A DNA stretch of 64,000 nucleotides from Bacteroidaceae bacterium (GTDB taxonomy: Bacteria; Bacteroidota; Bacteroidia; Bacteroidales; Bacteroidaceae), in the NCBI GenBank assembly GCA_017650105.1, contig JAGCFO010000039.1, positions 2,571 through 66,570 on the forward strand, given 5' to 3'. Of the stretch, positions 23,719 to 32,535 are shown one piece after another. Every line of letters starts with the position of its first letter. Position 1 is the first letter of the stretch. Below the pieces are notes generated by a model. It worked only from the letters and a program-made list of their open reading frames with translations, did no database searches and was not told the origin of the DNA. The translations under genes and the position numbers were made by a program.

Positions 23719-25869
23719 TCAGCGTATCACATACTTCTTTCTGTCTTTGATATAGAAGCCTTTTGAGGGCAGTTCAACACGACGTCCTGAGAGATCATAC
23801 ACAGTCTCGCTGTGAGGGAACTCATCAAGGTTGTTGACGGTAGGCGAAATGATACCCAGCGAGGGGTTCAGTATGTTGCGTATCACACTTTCATCGGGTG
23901 TCATAGCATAGTTGTCGCAGATGATGAATGGACCCTGCTTGTATGCTCCGCTGCGGATAAGGAAGCCCTCGTTGCTTGCCGACACACGCACCACTTTTGC
24001 ATCGTCTGCCAACGTCAACGACACAGTCAGGTACTTCTTGGCTCCGGGATTGTATATCTTGAATTCACTGCTGCCGTCATCGTGCATGATATACCAGTTG
24101 TGGTTCAGGTCACACACGTTCAGTTTCTCCTCGCTCACCGTCTTCACTTTGCCGTCGTCTACCACCAAATATTTGCCGCTCGTGGCATCTTGCAGCACGT
24201 ATGAGTGGAATGAGTTCAGATGGATGGTCTTAGCAATGATGCCGTACTTCAGAGGAGTGCTGTTCTGCGCAAGTCGCATGAGAGCAGTTCTCCACTCGGA
24301 CACTCCCAGTGGCTCCTCAGAGTGGAACATTGCCTCTAGCGGTGCCAGGTCTGCACTACTATAGCTGCCGAAGTGGTTGGCATTGGAGAGGAAGTGCTGT
24401 GCAACGTTCTTGAGGTGCTCCACACTGTTCTTTTGACACATCGACTCCATCTCCGTCATCATGCTTGTGCGGTACGATTCCTCCACCCTTTTGCGCAAAG
24501 CGTCCATGTCGATAGTGTCTACCCACGGAGTCTCCGTCACCAGCGGCAACGTGTTAGAGCTGTCACAAGGCGCCACGTAACCTCCTGTCTGCATATAGTA
24601 GCAATTGTCGTACATAGCCGTAGCCCCATGCCCGTAGTCGGTACGCGAACTGCGTCCTCCCGAGCCTTGCGTGTGACCGAAGTCCACCTTGTTCATCGGA
24701 TACCACTTACCGCCTACCGATGAGCGCATGGTGGGATTGCGGAAGTATGCACGGCGGAAAATCTCGCCTCCCACGTGATAGAAGTTCTCAATGAACGAAT
24801 AAAAGCTGTCGTACAGATGATTGATGCCGCTCTGCCGCAGCGTGGCTATATATCGCCATTCCGTCTCATCATCTTGCTTGTACCACATTGTCTGCAGCGT
24901 GTTTTGATAGGTCACCATCGTCCCATCATCGAGTGTTACGTCGACTGCCTCAGGGCGCGCATACACCAAAAACTGCATCCAGTGATCGGGATTCCACCAG
25001 TTTCCATCGGGATAGCGAGCGCTAATGCCCGTTCCCTCACCGCCGAAACGCGTGGTGTAGACATCGGGACCCTTGTCCAGTTCGCCCGAGCGTAAGTAGT
25101 CGGGCAGGTTAGGATCACTGTCGGTATCGCCGTGATCCCATATGCTGAAGAGCACCTGGCGGTTATATCCACCCGCTTTCGCTATCGACTGTATACCGCC
25201 GTACTGCCCGTCGGAGCCTATAGACATCACATACGTACTCAGCACCTCGTAGATGGAGGGATACATCACTTCCAGATACACCCAGTCGAAGGCGTCGCTT
25301 GTGGGAGTCGACTTGTCGGTCGAGCGGTAGCCGAAAAGGTGTACTGACGGAGCCATAAATATCTCCGAGTCTACAACTGGCAGATTTCCCTCGCGCTGGA
25401 ACCGCAAACCGTAGAACTGAGATATGCCGCTTGCAGCACCCTCGCCGGTCAGCTCCAGACGGTACCACTTGTCTTCGGGCACCACCACATCAGGCAGTAC
25501 CTCCACGGTGTCACGGCGCATCGACGTGTTAACGAACGATGCCTCGCCCGTCTGCAGCACGGTACCGTCTTGAGGGTCAACGAGGCGCGCATGCACCTTG
25601 AACGTCTTGCCGTTCTTGGGCATCAACACCATATCGGCGCGCACGTGCCCAGCTGGCATATGGAGCCCGAACACCACGCACACTCCGCTCTTCGTTGGCC
25701 ATGAGAGCGAGGTCTCCTGAAACGACGTCCCGTAGTAGGCGCCGTCAAGTTCCTGATAGCATTTGCCGGCATAGATGAAATCAACCGTAGGATTATAGTC
25801 AACTGCCGAAACCGACAGACAAGCTATGCTTGTTAACAGGCACATTAGTTTTCGCAAATAGTCTTTCAT
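23719..25869 (-). CDS. DUF5077/DUF3472-like secreted protein with C-terminal ricin-like region and T9SS CTD-like tail
   Basis: ORF 23719..25953, trimmed to MKDYLRKLMCLLTSIACLSVSA (ATG at 25867-25869). Central segment: YGGIQSIAKAGGYNRQVLFSIWDHGDTDSDPNLPDYLRSG...RFGGEGTGISARY. The tail is TVYDLSGRRVELPSKGFYIKDRKKYVIR. The domain names are recalled, not searched. Confidence 0.75.
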   Translation of the reverse strand: MKDYLRKLMCLLTSIACLSVSAVDYNPTVDFIYAGKCYQELDGAYYGTSFQETSLSWPTKSGVCVVFGLHMPAGHVRADMVLMPKNGKTFKVHARLVDPQDGTVLQTGEASFVNTSMRRDTVEVLPDVVVPEDKWYRLELTGEGAASGISQFYGLRFQREGNLPVVDSEIFMAPSVHLFGYRSTDKSTPTSDAFDWVYLEVMYPSIYEVLSTYVMSIGSDGQYGGIQSIAKAGGYNRQVLFSIWDHGDTDSDPNLPDYLRSGELDKGPDVYTTRFGGEGTGISARYPDGNWWNPDHWMQFLVYARPEAVDVTLDDGTMVTYQNTLQTMWYKQDDETEWRYIATLRQSGINHLYDSFYSFIENFYHVGGEIFRRAYFRNPTMRSSVGGKWYPMNKVDFGHTQGSGGRSSRTDYGHGATAMYDNCYYMQTGGYVAPCDSSNTLPLVTETPWVDTIDMDALRKRVEESYRTSMMTEMESMCQKNSVEHLKNVAQHFLSNANHFGSYSSADLAPLEAMFHSEEPLGVSEWRTALMRLAQNSTPLKYGIIAKTIHLNSFHSYVLQDATSGKYLVVDDGKVKTVSEEKLNVCDLNHNWYIMHDDGSSEFKIYNPGAKKYLTVSLTLADDAKVVRVSASNEGFLIRSGAYKQGPFIICDNYAMTPDESVIRNILNPSLGIISPTVNNLDEFPHSETVYDLSGRRVELPSKGFYIKDRKKYVIR

Positions 25870-25892
25870 AGTCGTTATCCGATAAAACAAGG

Positions 25893-25900
25893 CAAAAATA
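25893..25900 (-). promoter_or_regulatory. Candidate -7 box (TATTTTTG on the minus strand) for the DUF3472-like gene
   Basis: The plus strand reads CAAAAATA, 24 nt upstream of the ATG at 25869. Confidence 0.45.
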
Positions 25901-25953
25901 ACGGAATCGGCAAAAAAAAACAATTCAATTGCGTTTTTTTTCAGATATTGCAT

Positions 25954-25961
25954 TACTTTTG
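25954..25961 (+). promoter_or_regulatory. Candidate -7 box TACTTTTG for the calpain-like protease gene
   Basis: 76 nt upstream of the ATG at 26038. Confidence 0.4.
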
Positions 25962-26037
25962 CACTGCAAGGCGCATAACGCGTTGTGCCCGCACTTACAA
26001 CATGATTATCTACAACACCACTATCATCCTAAGAGAA

Positions 26038-27201
26038 ATGAGACGCATCCTCCCGCTACTGCTGCTGTTCATCACCGCCCTTCCCCTCGTGGCACAGACT
26101 GACGAAGAGTACAACACCCTTATCATCGAACTCAACGACGGCTCGCGGCAGGTCGTACCCCTAAGCAAAATATCCTGCCTACTGTTCGAGAACACTCCCG
26201 ACGAGCAACTCTACGAGTTTGTAGGCACATGGCCACAGTCGGCACTCTTCCCCGTGCGTACCTTCTGCAACGGACAACTCAACAGCCAGCTCAAGTATCT
26301 GGATAGCAACTCCTATTCGTCGCGCTCCAACATGGGCACCCACTTCCTCAACTGCGAGAAGGCCACCGACGAGCAGAAGGAGTGGCTCCGCAACCCCGAC
26401 ACCTACCCCGCTAAAGTTGAGGGATTCACACGCTGGGTGCGCAAACGCGTCGTCCTCTACCCCTTCGAAAAACCTATGCCCGCTGACTGTAACCAGCACT
26501 CCATCGGTGACTGCAACACTGTCTCCACTCTCGCTGACATCGCATACCTCTACCCCGACTTCATCATGAGCCTCATCACCAAGGTCGACAATTACAACTA
26601 CATCATCAAGATGTTCGACCCCGACGGCAAACGCATCGAAGTGGGCGTCAACAACTACGTGCTCTGCGACAATAATAGCAGCGTCGTTCAGATGACGGGC
26701 AAGAATGGCGTCGTTACTTGGGCCACACTCCTCGAGAAGGCCATCGCCAAATGGCTCTACGTCTATAAGCCCAACACCGGGCTTGGAGGCTTCGGAGCCG
26801 AAGGTATGACACCTATGTTCACAGGTGACGGACGCAGCGTAGCCATCAGCCCAGGCAAGTGCAGCGCACAGGAGCTTGCACTCGTTGTCACCACATGCCT
26901 CAAGCACGGGCTCATTGTCAATGGTGGTTTTAATAAGCAGGGCATTAAGATAGGCTCGCACGAAACCATCACCGCCCACGGCCATTCGCTGCTCATGCCT
27001 AACACCGAGATTGAGCCCAACGCCCTCTTTGCTATGCGAAACCCCTGGGGACAAGGTAAAGACGACCACGTAATGCAAATCGTTGAGGGAGAAGTACCCC
27101 CCACCATTGACATACGCATCATCAGTCCCGGTATCGCCTCACTCTACTTCCGCCACACCCTTGAAGACCCCATTGGACCCTACATCGTGCCCAAGTGGTA
27201 A
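26038..27201 (+). CDS. Calpain-like (peptidase family C2-type) cysteine protease, secreted
   Basis: ORF 25948..27201, trimmed to MRRILPLLLLFITALPLVAQ. Candidate catalytic Cys in NQHSIGDCNTVSTLADIAYLYPDFI, His in ITAHGHSLLMP and Asn in FAMRNPWGQG. This order and spacing match the calpain/Tpr family. Confidence 0.7.
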   Translation: MRRILPLLLLFITALPLVAQTDEEYNTLIIELNDGSRQVVPLSKISCLLFENTPDEQLYEFVGTWPQSALFPVRTFCNGQLNSQLKYLDSNSYSSRSNMGTHFLNCEKATDEQKEWLRNPDTYPAKVEGFTRWVRKRVVLYPFEKPMPADCNQHSIGDCNTVSTLADIAYLYPDFIMSLITKVDNYNYIIKMFDPDGKRIEVGVNNYVLCDNNSSVVQMTGKNGVVTWATLLEKAIAKWLYVYKPNTGLGGFGAEGMTPMFTGDGRSVAISPGKCSAQELALVVTTCLKHGLIVNGGFNKQGIKIGSHETITAHGHSLLMPNTEIEPNALFAMRNPWGQGKDDHVMQIVEGEVPPTIDIRIISPGIASLYFRHTLEDPIGPYIVPKW

Positions 27202-27278
27202 AACCCCACGCACAATCCAAATCATCTTTTTAACCCAATTAATCTGCAAGAATCGCTTGCACCCATAGAGCAGACAAC

Positions 27279-28049
27279 ATGATGAAAAGACTATTCATGA
27301 CGATGGCCGTCGTGATGAGCGCAGCCATAGCCCTCGCTGAGGGAGATGTTACGAAAGAGAAGTTCAAACCCTTCTATACCCGCGAAGAGGCTCCTCACCT
27401 CGAAAACGTGATACCCGCACCTCCTACGCTCGTCGACCCTCTATTCTTCAACGACTGGGCACAGTTCCAATGGGGTCTTTCCGTGCGTGACAGCGAACGT
27501 GGCAAACAAGCTGTGGAAGACGCACACATCAACGCTACCTACTTCATGAAGCGCTATAGCGAGGCTACTGACATCGAGTTGACACCAGAAACCCATCCCG
27601 AGCTGTTCCGCCTCTTCTCTCGCCTTCATCTCACCGAGCAACAGGCAGGCGCTAGCGCCAAACTCTATTTCCAACGCGTACGCCCCTACCAGCAGTACAA
27701 GGAGCCTTCTGCGGTACCTGACCATGAGAATCCCACCGATTTTACGAGCTACCCCTCGGGGCATACCCACGCCTCCTGGTTAGTGGGACTGACACTTGTC
27801 ACCCTTGAACCCGAACACACCGAGCAGATTATGAAGATTGCCTACGAGTTGGGGCAGAGCCGAGTCATCGTGGGCTTCCACTATCAAAGCGACGTCGATA
27901 TGGGACGCATTGCCGGCAGCATTACTTTCGCACGTGTGATGGCAGAGCCTGAGTTCCAGAAGCAATACGAAAAGGCAAAGAAAGAGTACGAAAAAGTCAG
28001 AAAGGAACACGAGAAAGCCAAAAAGGAGTTCGGTAGGAAAAAGCGGTAA
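27279..28049 (+). CDS. Class A (PAP2 family) acid phosphatase with lysine/glutamate-rich C-terminal tail
   Basis: Signal peptide. PAP2 motifs KLYFQRVRPY, SYPSGHTHASW and SRVIVGFHYQSDVDMGR. Tail KAKKEYEKVRKEHEKAKKEFGRKKR. Confidence 0.85.
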   Translation: MMKRLFMTMAVVMSAAIALAEGDVTKEKFKPFYTREEAPHLENVIPAPPTLVDPLFFNDWAQFQWGLSVRDSERGKQAVEDAHINATYFMKRYSEATDIELTPETHPELFRLFSRLHLTEQQAGASAKLYFQRVRPYQQYKEPSAVPDHENPTDFTSYPSGHTHASWLVGLTLVTLEPEHTEQIMKIAYELGQSRVIVGFHYQSDVDMGRIAGSITFARVMAEPEFQKQYEKAKKEYEKVRKEHEKAKKEFGRKKR

Positions 28050-28217
28050 GAATCTGCCCAGCCCACCCTCGTGAATCACTAGCGCACTCATATTCATCGC
28101 CTCACACTAATTCCTTGTTACATCTTCATACGACTCCACTCAGCATATCCATTCAAGGAAATTCCATCTTTTCGTCCAACGCGTCACTTGATGTAATCAG
28201 CTTAACACAATTGAGTG

Positions 28218-28595
28218 ATGAAACACATCGTTTTTTCATTTCTTCTAATCGGTTTGCTTCTATGCTCTTGCAGTAGAAACAAAGCGAATCCGAATCAGTC
28301 AACTCACATTTCGGCAGAAATGGCATACGAAGGAGTAAAAAAATATTGTCATAGCACTTACGACTGGGGTATAGCAGAAAACAATCCTTCCATCATGTAT
28401 GTAGAGATGGGAGATGAAACCGAATCTGAGTACAAGGTGATGTTCCGCAGTTATACGGGTACCTTCGTGTATTTCTATGTAGACAAGTCAAGTGGTGTGA
28501 CAAGAATGGTAGAATGTGTTCCAGCACTAGGCATTAAAAGCGACGCCGGAACCATTAATATCTTTGATTTCCTGGAAAACAGACAACCAAACTAA
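28218..28595 (+). CDS. Small lipoprotein, unknown function
   Basis: MKHIVFSFLLIGLLLCSCSRNK lipobox (ATG at 28218; the track start at 28215 is a GTG). No family recognised. Confidence 0.6.
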   Translation: MKHIVFSFLLIGLLLCSCSRNKANPNQSTHISAEMAYEGVKKYCHSTYDWGIAENNPSIMYVEMGDETESEYKVMFRSYTGTFVYFYVDKSSGVTRMVECVPALGIKSDAGTINIFDFLENRQPN

Positions 28596-28602
28596 CGGGC
28601 AG

Positions 28603-28685
28603 TTTTTTCCTTCTCGAAAAAATTTTTTTCCTTCTCCAGCGCGCGAGATGAAGAAAGAAAAAATTTTTTTGGAGAAGGGAAAAAA
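28603..28685. repeat. Repeat family locus B: two reverse units + AGCGCGCGAGAT + two forward units, forming an imperfect inverted repeat with about 35-bp arms
   Basis: T6CCTTCTCGA6T7CCTTCTCC AGCGCGCGAGAT GAAGAAAGA6T7GGAGAAGGGA6. Lies between convergent stops at 28595 (+) and 28805 (-). Confidence 0.9.
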
Positions 28686-28804
28686 CCGAGAGGAGCCAAC
28701 CTTATAATTTTGGCACCCTATATCATCATTTCCGATATACCAAATATCCGCAGAGAGTCTCTGCGGATATTTGGTTTTCCTCTGTCGTAGCCGTATAAAA
28801 AAGA

Positions 28805-31048
28805 CTACATCTCCGGAGCCGAAGGAGGTTCGTTCCCTACGGCAGCACCCCACTCCTTATTGGGGCGATTTCCCATTTTCAGAACAAGCGTAGCCCCATT
28901 CTTAACATCCTCGTGACTAATCCACGGACAATCAAGCGGTTTGCCGTTGAGAGTTGCACTCTGAATGTATTTGTTCTCCTCGCTACAATCCTGAGCAATG
29001 ATGTGGAAAATCTTTCCGTTGCCGACTTTCAGTTTGACATCGGAGAACAAAGGGCTTCCGATGTTGTAAACAGGGAACCCGGGGGTAACAGGATAAAAAC
29101 CAAGGCTGGAGAATACGACGAAAGAAGTCAAACCTCCCCCGTCCTCATCGCCTGGAATACCCATCAAGTCGTTTCGAAACCAAGTCTTCAGACATTGTCG
29201 AATGCGCTTCTGAGTCTTCCAAGGAGCTCCTGCGTAATTATAAATGTAGGGTATGTGCAGCGAAGGCTCATTCGCCATAGTGAACTGGCCTATGTTGCCC
29301 GTCTGGTCAGGAAGCTGAGTGTAGAACTCACGCTTGCCGCGCCCCATGCTCTCCGTGAACGTCTGATCCAGATTGCGCACCAGTTCCTCACGTCCTCCCA
29401 TCAAACGCGCAAGATCGGCAAAGTTATGCTGAACATCCCAGCGGTAGGTCCATCCATTATTCTCGTCATAGGCATCACGGGCACCGATACCGCCTCCGAA
29501 GCGATAATCGAAATTCTCCAGGAAATTACCATCCTTATCTTTCGGATGGAAGAACTTGGTTTCGGGGTTCCAGACATTGCGGTAGTTATAGGACAACTTC
29601 AGGTATTTCTGCTGCAGTTCCTTATCACCCATGAACTCGGCTATACGCGAGAGGCACCACTCGTCGTACGACGTTCCCAGCGTAACGGCAATAGGCTGGC
29701 GCTTCTCGAAGTCTGACACATTAGGATCGGTCTCTTCCTCACCTTCTCGCAAAGCGGGAATATAGCCGTTTTCCTTATAGAATTCATCGATGTATCCGGC
29801 AGGTCCCCCGCTCCAGGGAGCCAAAGTCTTTTCCTCAATACCCTTCCGGCAGTATTCAAAGGCACGCTTGGCATCCACCTTCAAACCCTTATAGAGAGCA
29901 TCGGCTACCATCGAAACGCCGTGATTGGAGTTCATGCGACGCGTGTCGCCCGTCATTTCCGGAAAAGTTGGCATCCACTTGGTACCCATCTGCTCTGCCA
30001 TACGAAGATAGCTTTCGATAATGTTTTCCTGTTTCTCGGGCTGAATAAGTGCACGCAGAGGATGAGCTGCGCGATAGGTGTCCCAAATCCAATCGTCGGT
30101 ATAGAAAGGCTGCCCATTGTCATCATGCACCTTACCGTCGAAAGCTGAGAAATAGCGCCCATCTTCACTCAGGCAGACGGGACGCTCGAAGGTACGATAA
30201 TAAGAGGTATAGAGAACCGTCTTCTCATCTTCCGTTCCACCCTTCACCATGATGTTACTGAGCGTTTCGTTCCATTCCTTACGTCCATCCTCAGCTACTT
30301 TCGCAAGGTTGAAGCCCTCCCCCTGCTCGCGCGAAAGGTTCTTCTGAGCCTGCTCAGCGCTGATGAGGGAGATACCGTAACGGAAGCATACTTTCTTTGT
30401 GCCTGCGGGGAAACGGATAGCAGCAGAAACACGGCGCCCTACGGCTTCGTTCATGTCTGAGATGTGCCCGTCGCTGAGAATGCCTGCTTGCTCCGGCTGA
30501 ATGTCGAATTCGCCCGCAAAGTAAATCTTCATGTTTCTGCTCAAGCCCTGACTGGCAGACACATCCTTTCCTTCTGTCTGCATACGCCCATTATCAGTAT
30601 AGAGCAGAATAGTAGCAGGCTTGGAGGTATCTTGGAACGAAATCTCATAGATGGCACTCTGGTGACTGACTGCCAGATGAACGTCGATGCTGTTGTCGGC
30701 AATCTGCACGCGGTAATCATAGGGAGTTATCTTCTCCTGATCCCAATTGGTGCTGATGATGGGCCGCAATTCACTTCCCTGCGTAACACTCAGACGGAAA
30801 GCGCTGCGCTCACGGTGGTTGGTAACCACCATTGGCAAACCGTCCAACAACTCATGGGTGTACTCCCCGCGTGTGGGATAGATTCGCATCAGGCTGTTGG
30901 GTAACTGAATGGTAGGAAAACAAGGAACCAACAAGTGGCTGATGCTGCCAATGTATGGATTCACATAATCTACAGGCTCTGCCTCTGGAGCGGAACAGCA
31001 GACAAGAGGAAACACCAAAAGGGCAACCAGAATACTTTTCAATTTCAT
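28805..31048 (-). CDS. GH92 family alpha-mannosidase (secreted/lipoprotein)
   Basis: Signal peptide with Cys (PLVCCSAPE). VNPYIGSISHLLVPCFPTIQLPNS at the N-terminus. Canonical MANEPSLHIPYIYNYAGAPWKTQKRIRQ and GIPGDEDGGGLTSFVVFSSLGFYPVTPG. Confidence 0.92.
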   Translation of the reverse strand: MKLKSILVALLVFPLVCCSAPEAEPVDYVNPYIGSISHLLVPCFPTIQLPNSLMRIYPTRGEYTHELLDGLPMVVTNHRERSAFRLSVTQGSELRPIISTNWDQEKITPYDYRVQIADNSIDVHLAVSHQSAIYEISFQDTSKPATILLYTDNGRMQTEGKDVSASQGLSRNMKIYFAGEFDIQPEQAGILSDGHISDMNEAVGRRVSAAIRFPAGTKKVCFRYGISLISAEQAQKNLSREQGEGFNLAKVAEDGRKEWNETLSNIMVKGGTEDEKTVLYTSYYRTFERPVCLSEDGRYFSAFDGKVHDDNGQPFYTDDWIWDTYRAAHPLRALIQPEKQENIIESYLRMAEQMGTKWMPTFPEMTGDTRRMNSNHGVSMVADALYKGLKVDAKRAFEYCRKGIEEKTLAPWSGGPAGYIDEFYKENGYIPALREGEEETDPNVSDFEKRQPIAVTLGTSYDEWCLSRIAEFMGDKELQQKYLKLSYNYRNVWNPETKFFHPKDKDGNFLENFDYRFGGGIGARDAYDENNGWTYRWDVQHNFADLARLMGGREELVRNLDQTFTESMGRGKREFYTQLPDQTGNIGQFTMANEPSLHIPYIYNYAGAPWKTQKRIRQCLKTWFRNDLMGIPGDEDGGGLTSFVVFSSLGFYPVTPGFPVYNIGSPLFSDVKLKVGNGKIFHIIAQDCSEENKYIQSATLNGKPLDCPWISHEDVKNGATLVLKMGNRPNKEWGAAVGNEPPSAPEM

Positions 31049-31077
31049 ATTTATTCGTCTTTATTGTTTCTGCTATG

Positions 31078-31085
31078 CAAATATA
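31078..31085 (-). promoter_or_regulatory. Candidate -7 box (TATATTTG on the minus strand) for the second GH92 gene
   Basis: The plus strand reads CAAATATA, 30 nt upstream of the ATG at 31048. Confidence 0.5.
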
Positions 31086-31222
31086 CGAATAAAGAAGTGA
31101 ATAACAAAATTAAACCACTTATTTTTCTTCTGAAAGATAGTATTCTTGAGATAATGTCTCAAGCGCAGTTCCGGCTCAAGATAGCGTCACAGAAAAGAGC
31201 CTATCGGCTTGCGGGAGAGGAT

Positions 31223-32509
31223 TCAACGCACGTCTAAGCGCACAAGAGTTATCTTGTTGCTGACTGCCTTGAGGATGCGGAACTGGAAGTTGGGCGGCAC
31301 GTTAATGGTCTGCCCGACTGTAGGGATGCTGTGACAAGTATTGAGGATAAGCCCCCCGACGGTGTAGTAGTCGTCGCTTGTGGGGAGCCCGATATCGAAC
31401 ATGTCTTCCACTTTCTCTATCTCGAGGCGGGCAGAGAGAATGTAGCTGTTCTTGCCTATAGCTTTTGCCACGTAGGATGTGGTGTCGTGCTCGTCCTCGA
31501 TGTCGCCCGTAAGCTCTTCCATAATGTCTTCGAGGGCAACGATGCCGGCTGTGCCTCCAAATTCGTCCACAACGACAGCGAGCGACAGTTTCTGCTGCAT
31601 GAGGGTTTTCATCAGCTTCTGCGCGCTGGCTGTCTCGGGCACGATGGGCATCTTGCGCAGCTGAAGGTTGGCGACTGCCTGCTGGGGGAAGTCTTCCTGC
31701 TCGATGCGGAACAGCTCGGAGGAGTGGATGTAACCGATGATGTTGTCGATGGAGTCTTCAAAGACGACAACCTTCGAGTAGCCGGTTTCAACGAATTTAT
31801 GTATCAGCTCCTCGGTGGTGCTCTCTTTGTCAATAGCGGCAATCTCGTTGCGGGGAATCATGCAGTCGCGCACTCGCAGATTGGAGAAATCGAGTGCATT
31901 CTGGAAAATCTGCACTTCGGTTGAGGCAGGCTCATCAGCCGAAGCTATGCTGCTCTCAATCAAGTCGTCAAGGTCGGTTTTCGAGAAGGCATGCTTGGTG
32001 ATCTCCTTTCCGATTTTCACTCCGAAGATGCGCAGGATGAACCTTGCGCACCACGAGCTGAAAATGGAGATAGGATAGAGCAGGATATAGAAGAACCAGG
32101 AGAGGGCCGAGAGGGTGCGGAGGCTACCGTTGGGGTTGTAACGGAAGATAGTCTTGGGCAGGAACTCTCCGAAGATGATGACGAAGAACGTGGAGACGAG
32201 GGTGTCGAGAAGGAGCATAGCAAACTCCGACTGGAAGAGGGGCACCGTCTGCCACACGGGATCGAGCAGCTTTGCCATCAGGATGCTGTACATCACCAGC
32301 ACAATATTGTTGCCCACAAGCATGGTGGAGATAAAGTTGCTGGGATGCCGATAGAAGATGCCCAGTATGCGCGAAGAAAGACTCCTGTCGGCCTTGTCCA
32401 TCTCGTAGCGCAGCTTGCTGCTCGACACGAAGGCTATCTCCATCCCTGAGAAATAGGCAGAGAGAAGAAGCACGAGTAGGATTACCACTATTTGAAGGGA
32501 GACGGACAT
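31223..32509 (-). CDS. CorC/HlyC (CNNM, DUF21-CBS-CorC_HlyC) family transporter, GldE-like
   Basis: Four N-terminal TM helices, a CBS pair region (RVRDCMIPRNEIAAID...) and a C-terminal CorC_HlyC domain (YYTVGGLILNTCHSIPTVGQ). Confidence 0.9.
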   Translation of the reverse strand: MSVSLQIVVILLVLLLSAYFSGMEIAFVSSSKLRYEMDKADRSLSSRILGIFYRHPSNFISTMLVGNNIVLVMYSILMAKLLDPVWQTVPLFQSEFAMLLLDTLVSTFFVIIFGEFLPKTIFRYNPNGSLRTLSALSWFFYILLYPISIFSSWCARFILRIFGVKIGKEITKHAFSKTDLDDLIESSIASADEPASTEVQIFQNALDFSNLRVRDCMIPRNEIAAIDKESTTEELIHKFVETGYSKVVVFEDSIDNIIGYIHSSELFRIEQEDFPQQAVANLQLRKMPIVPETASAQKLMKTLMQQKLSLAVVVDEFGGTAGIVALEDIMEELTGDIEDEHDTTSYVAKAIGKNSYILSARLEIEKVEDMFDIGLPTSDDYYTVGGLILNTCHSIPTVGQTINVPPNFQFRILKAVSNKITLVRLDVR

Positions 32510-32535
32510 ATCTGATGGGTAGGCTTGAGGGGAAT

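Noticed and set aside
28596-28804. A6T6/A7T7 tracts of the repeat units interpreted as simple intrinsic terminators.
   Set aside because: The AAAAAATTTTTT blocks alone form only weak all-A:T stems and have no GC clamp. The bona fide terminators in this window (19071-19106, 23628-23657, 45524-45558) look quite different. Only the long inverted arrangement at locus B is kept as a possible structure.
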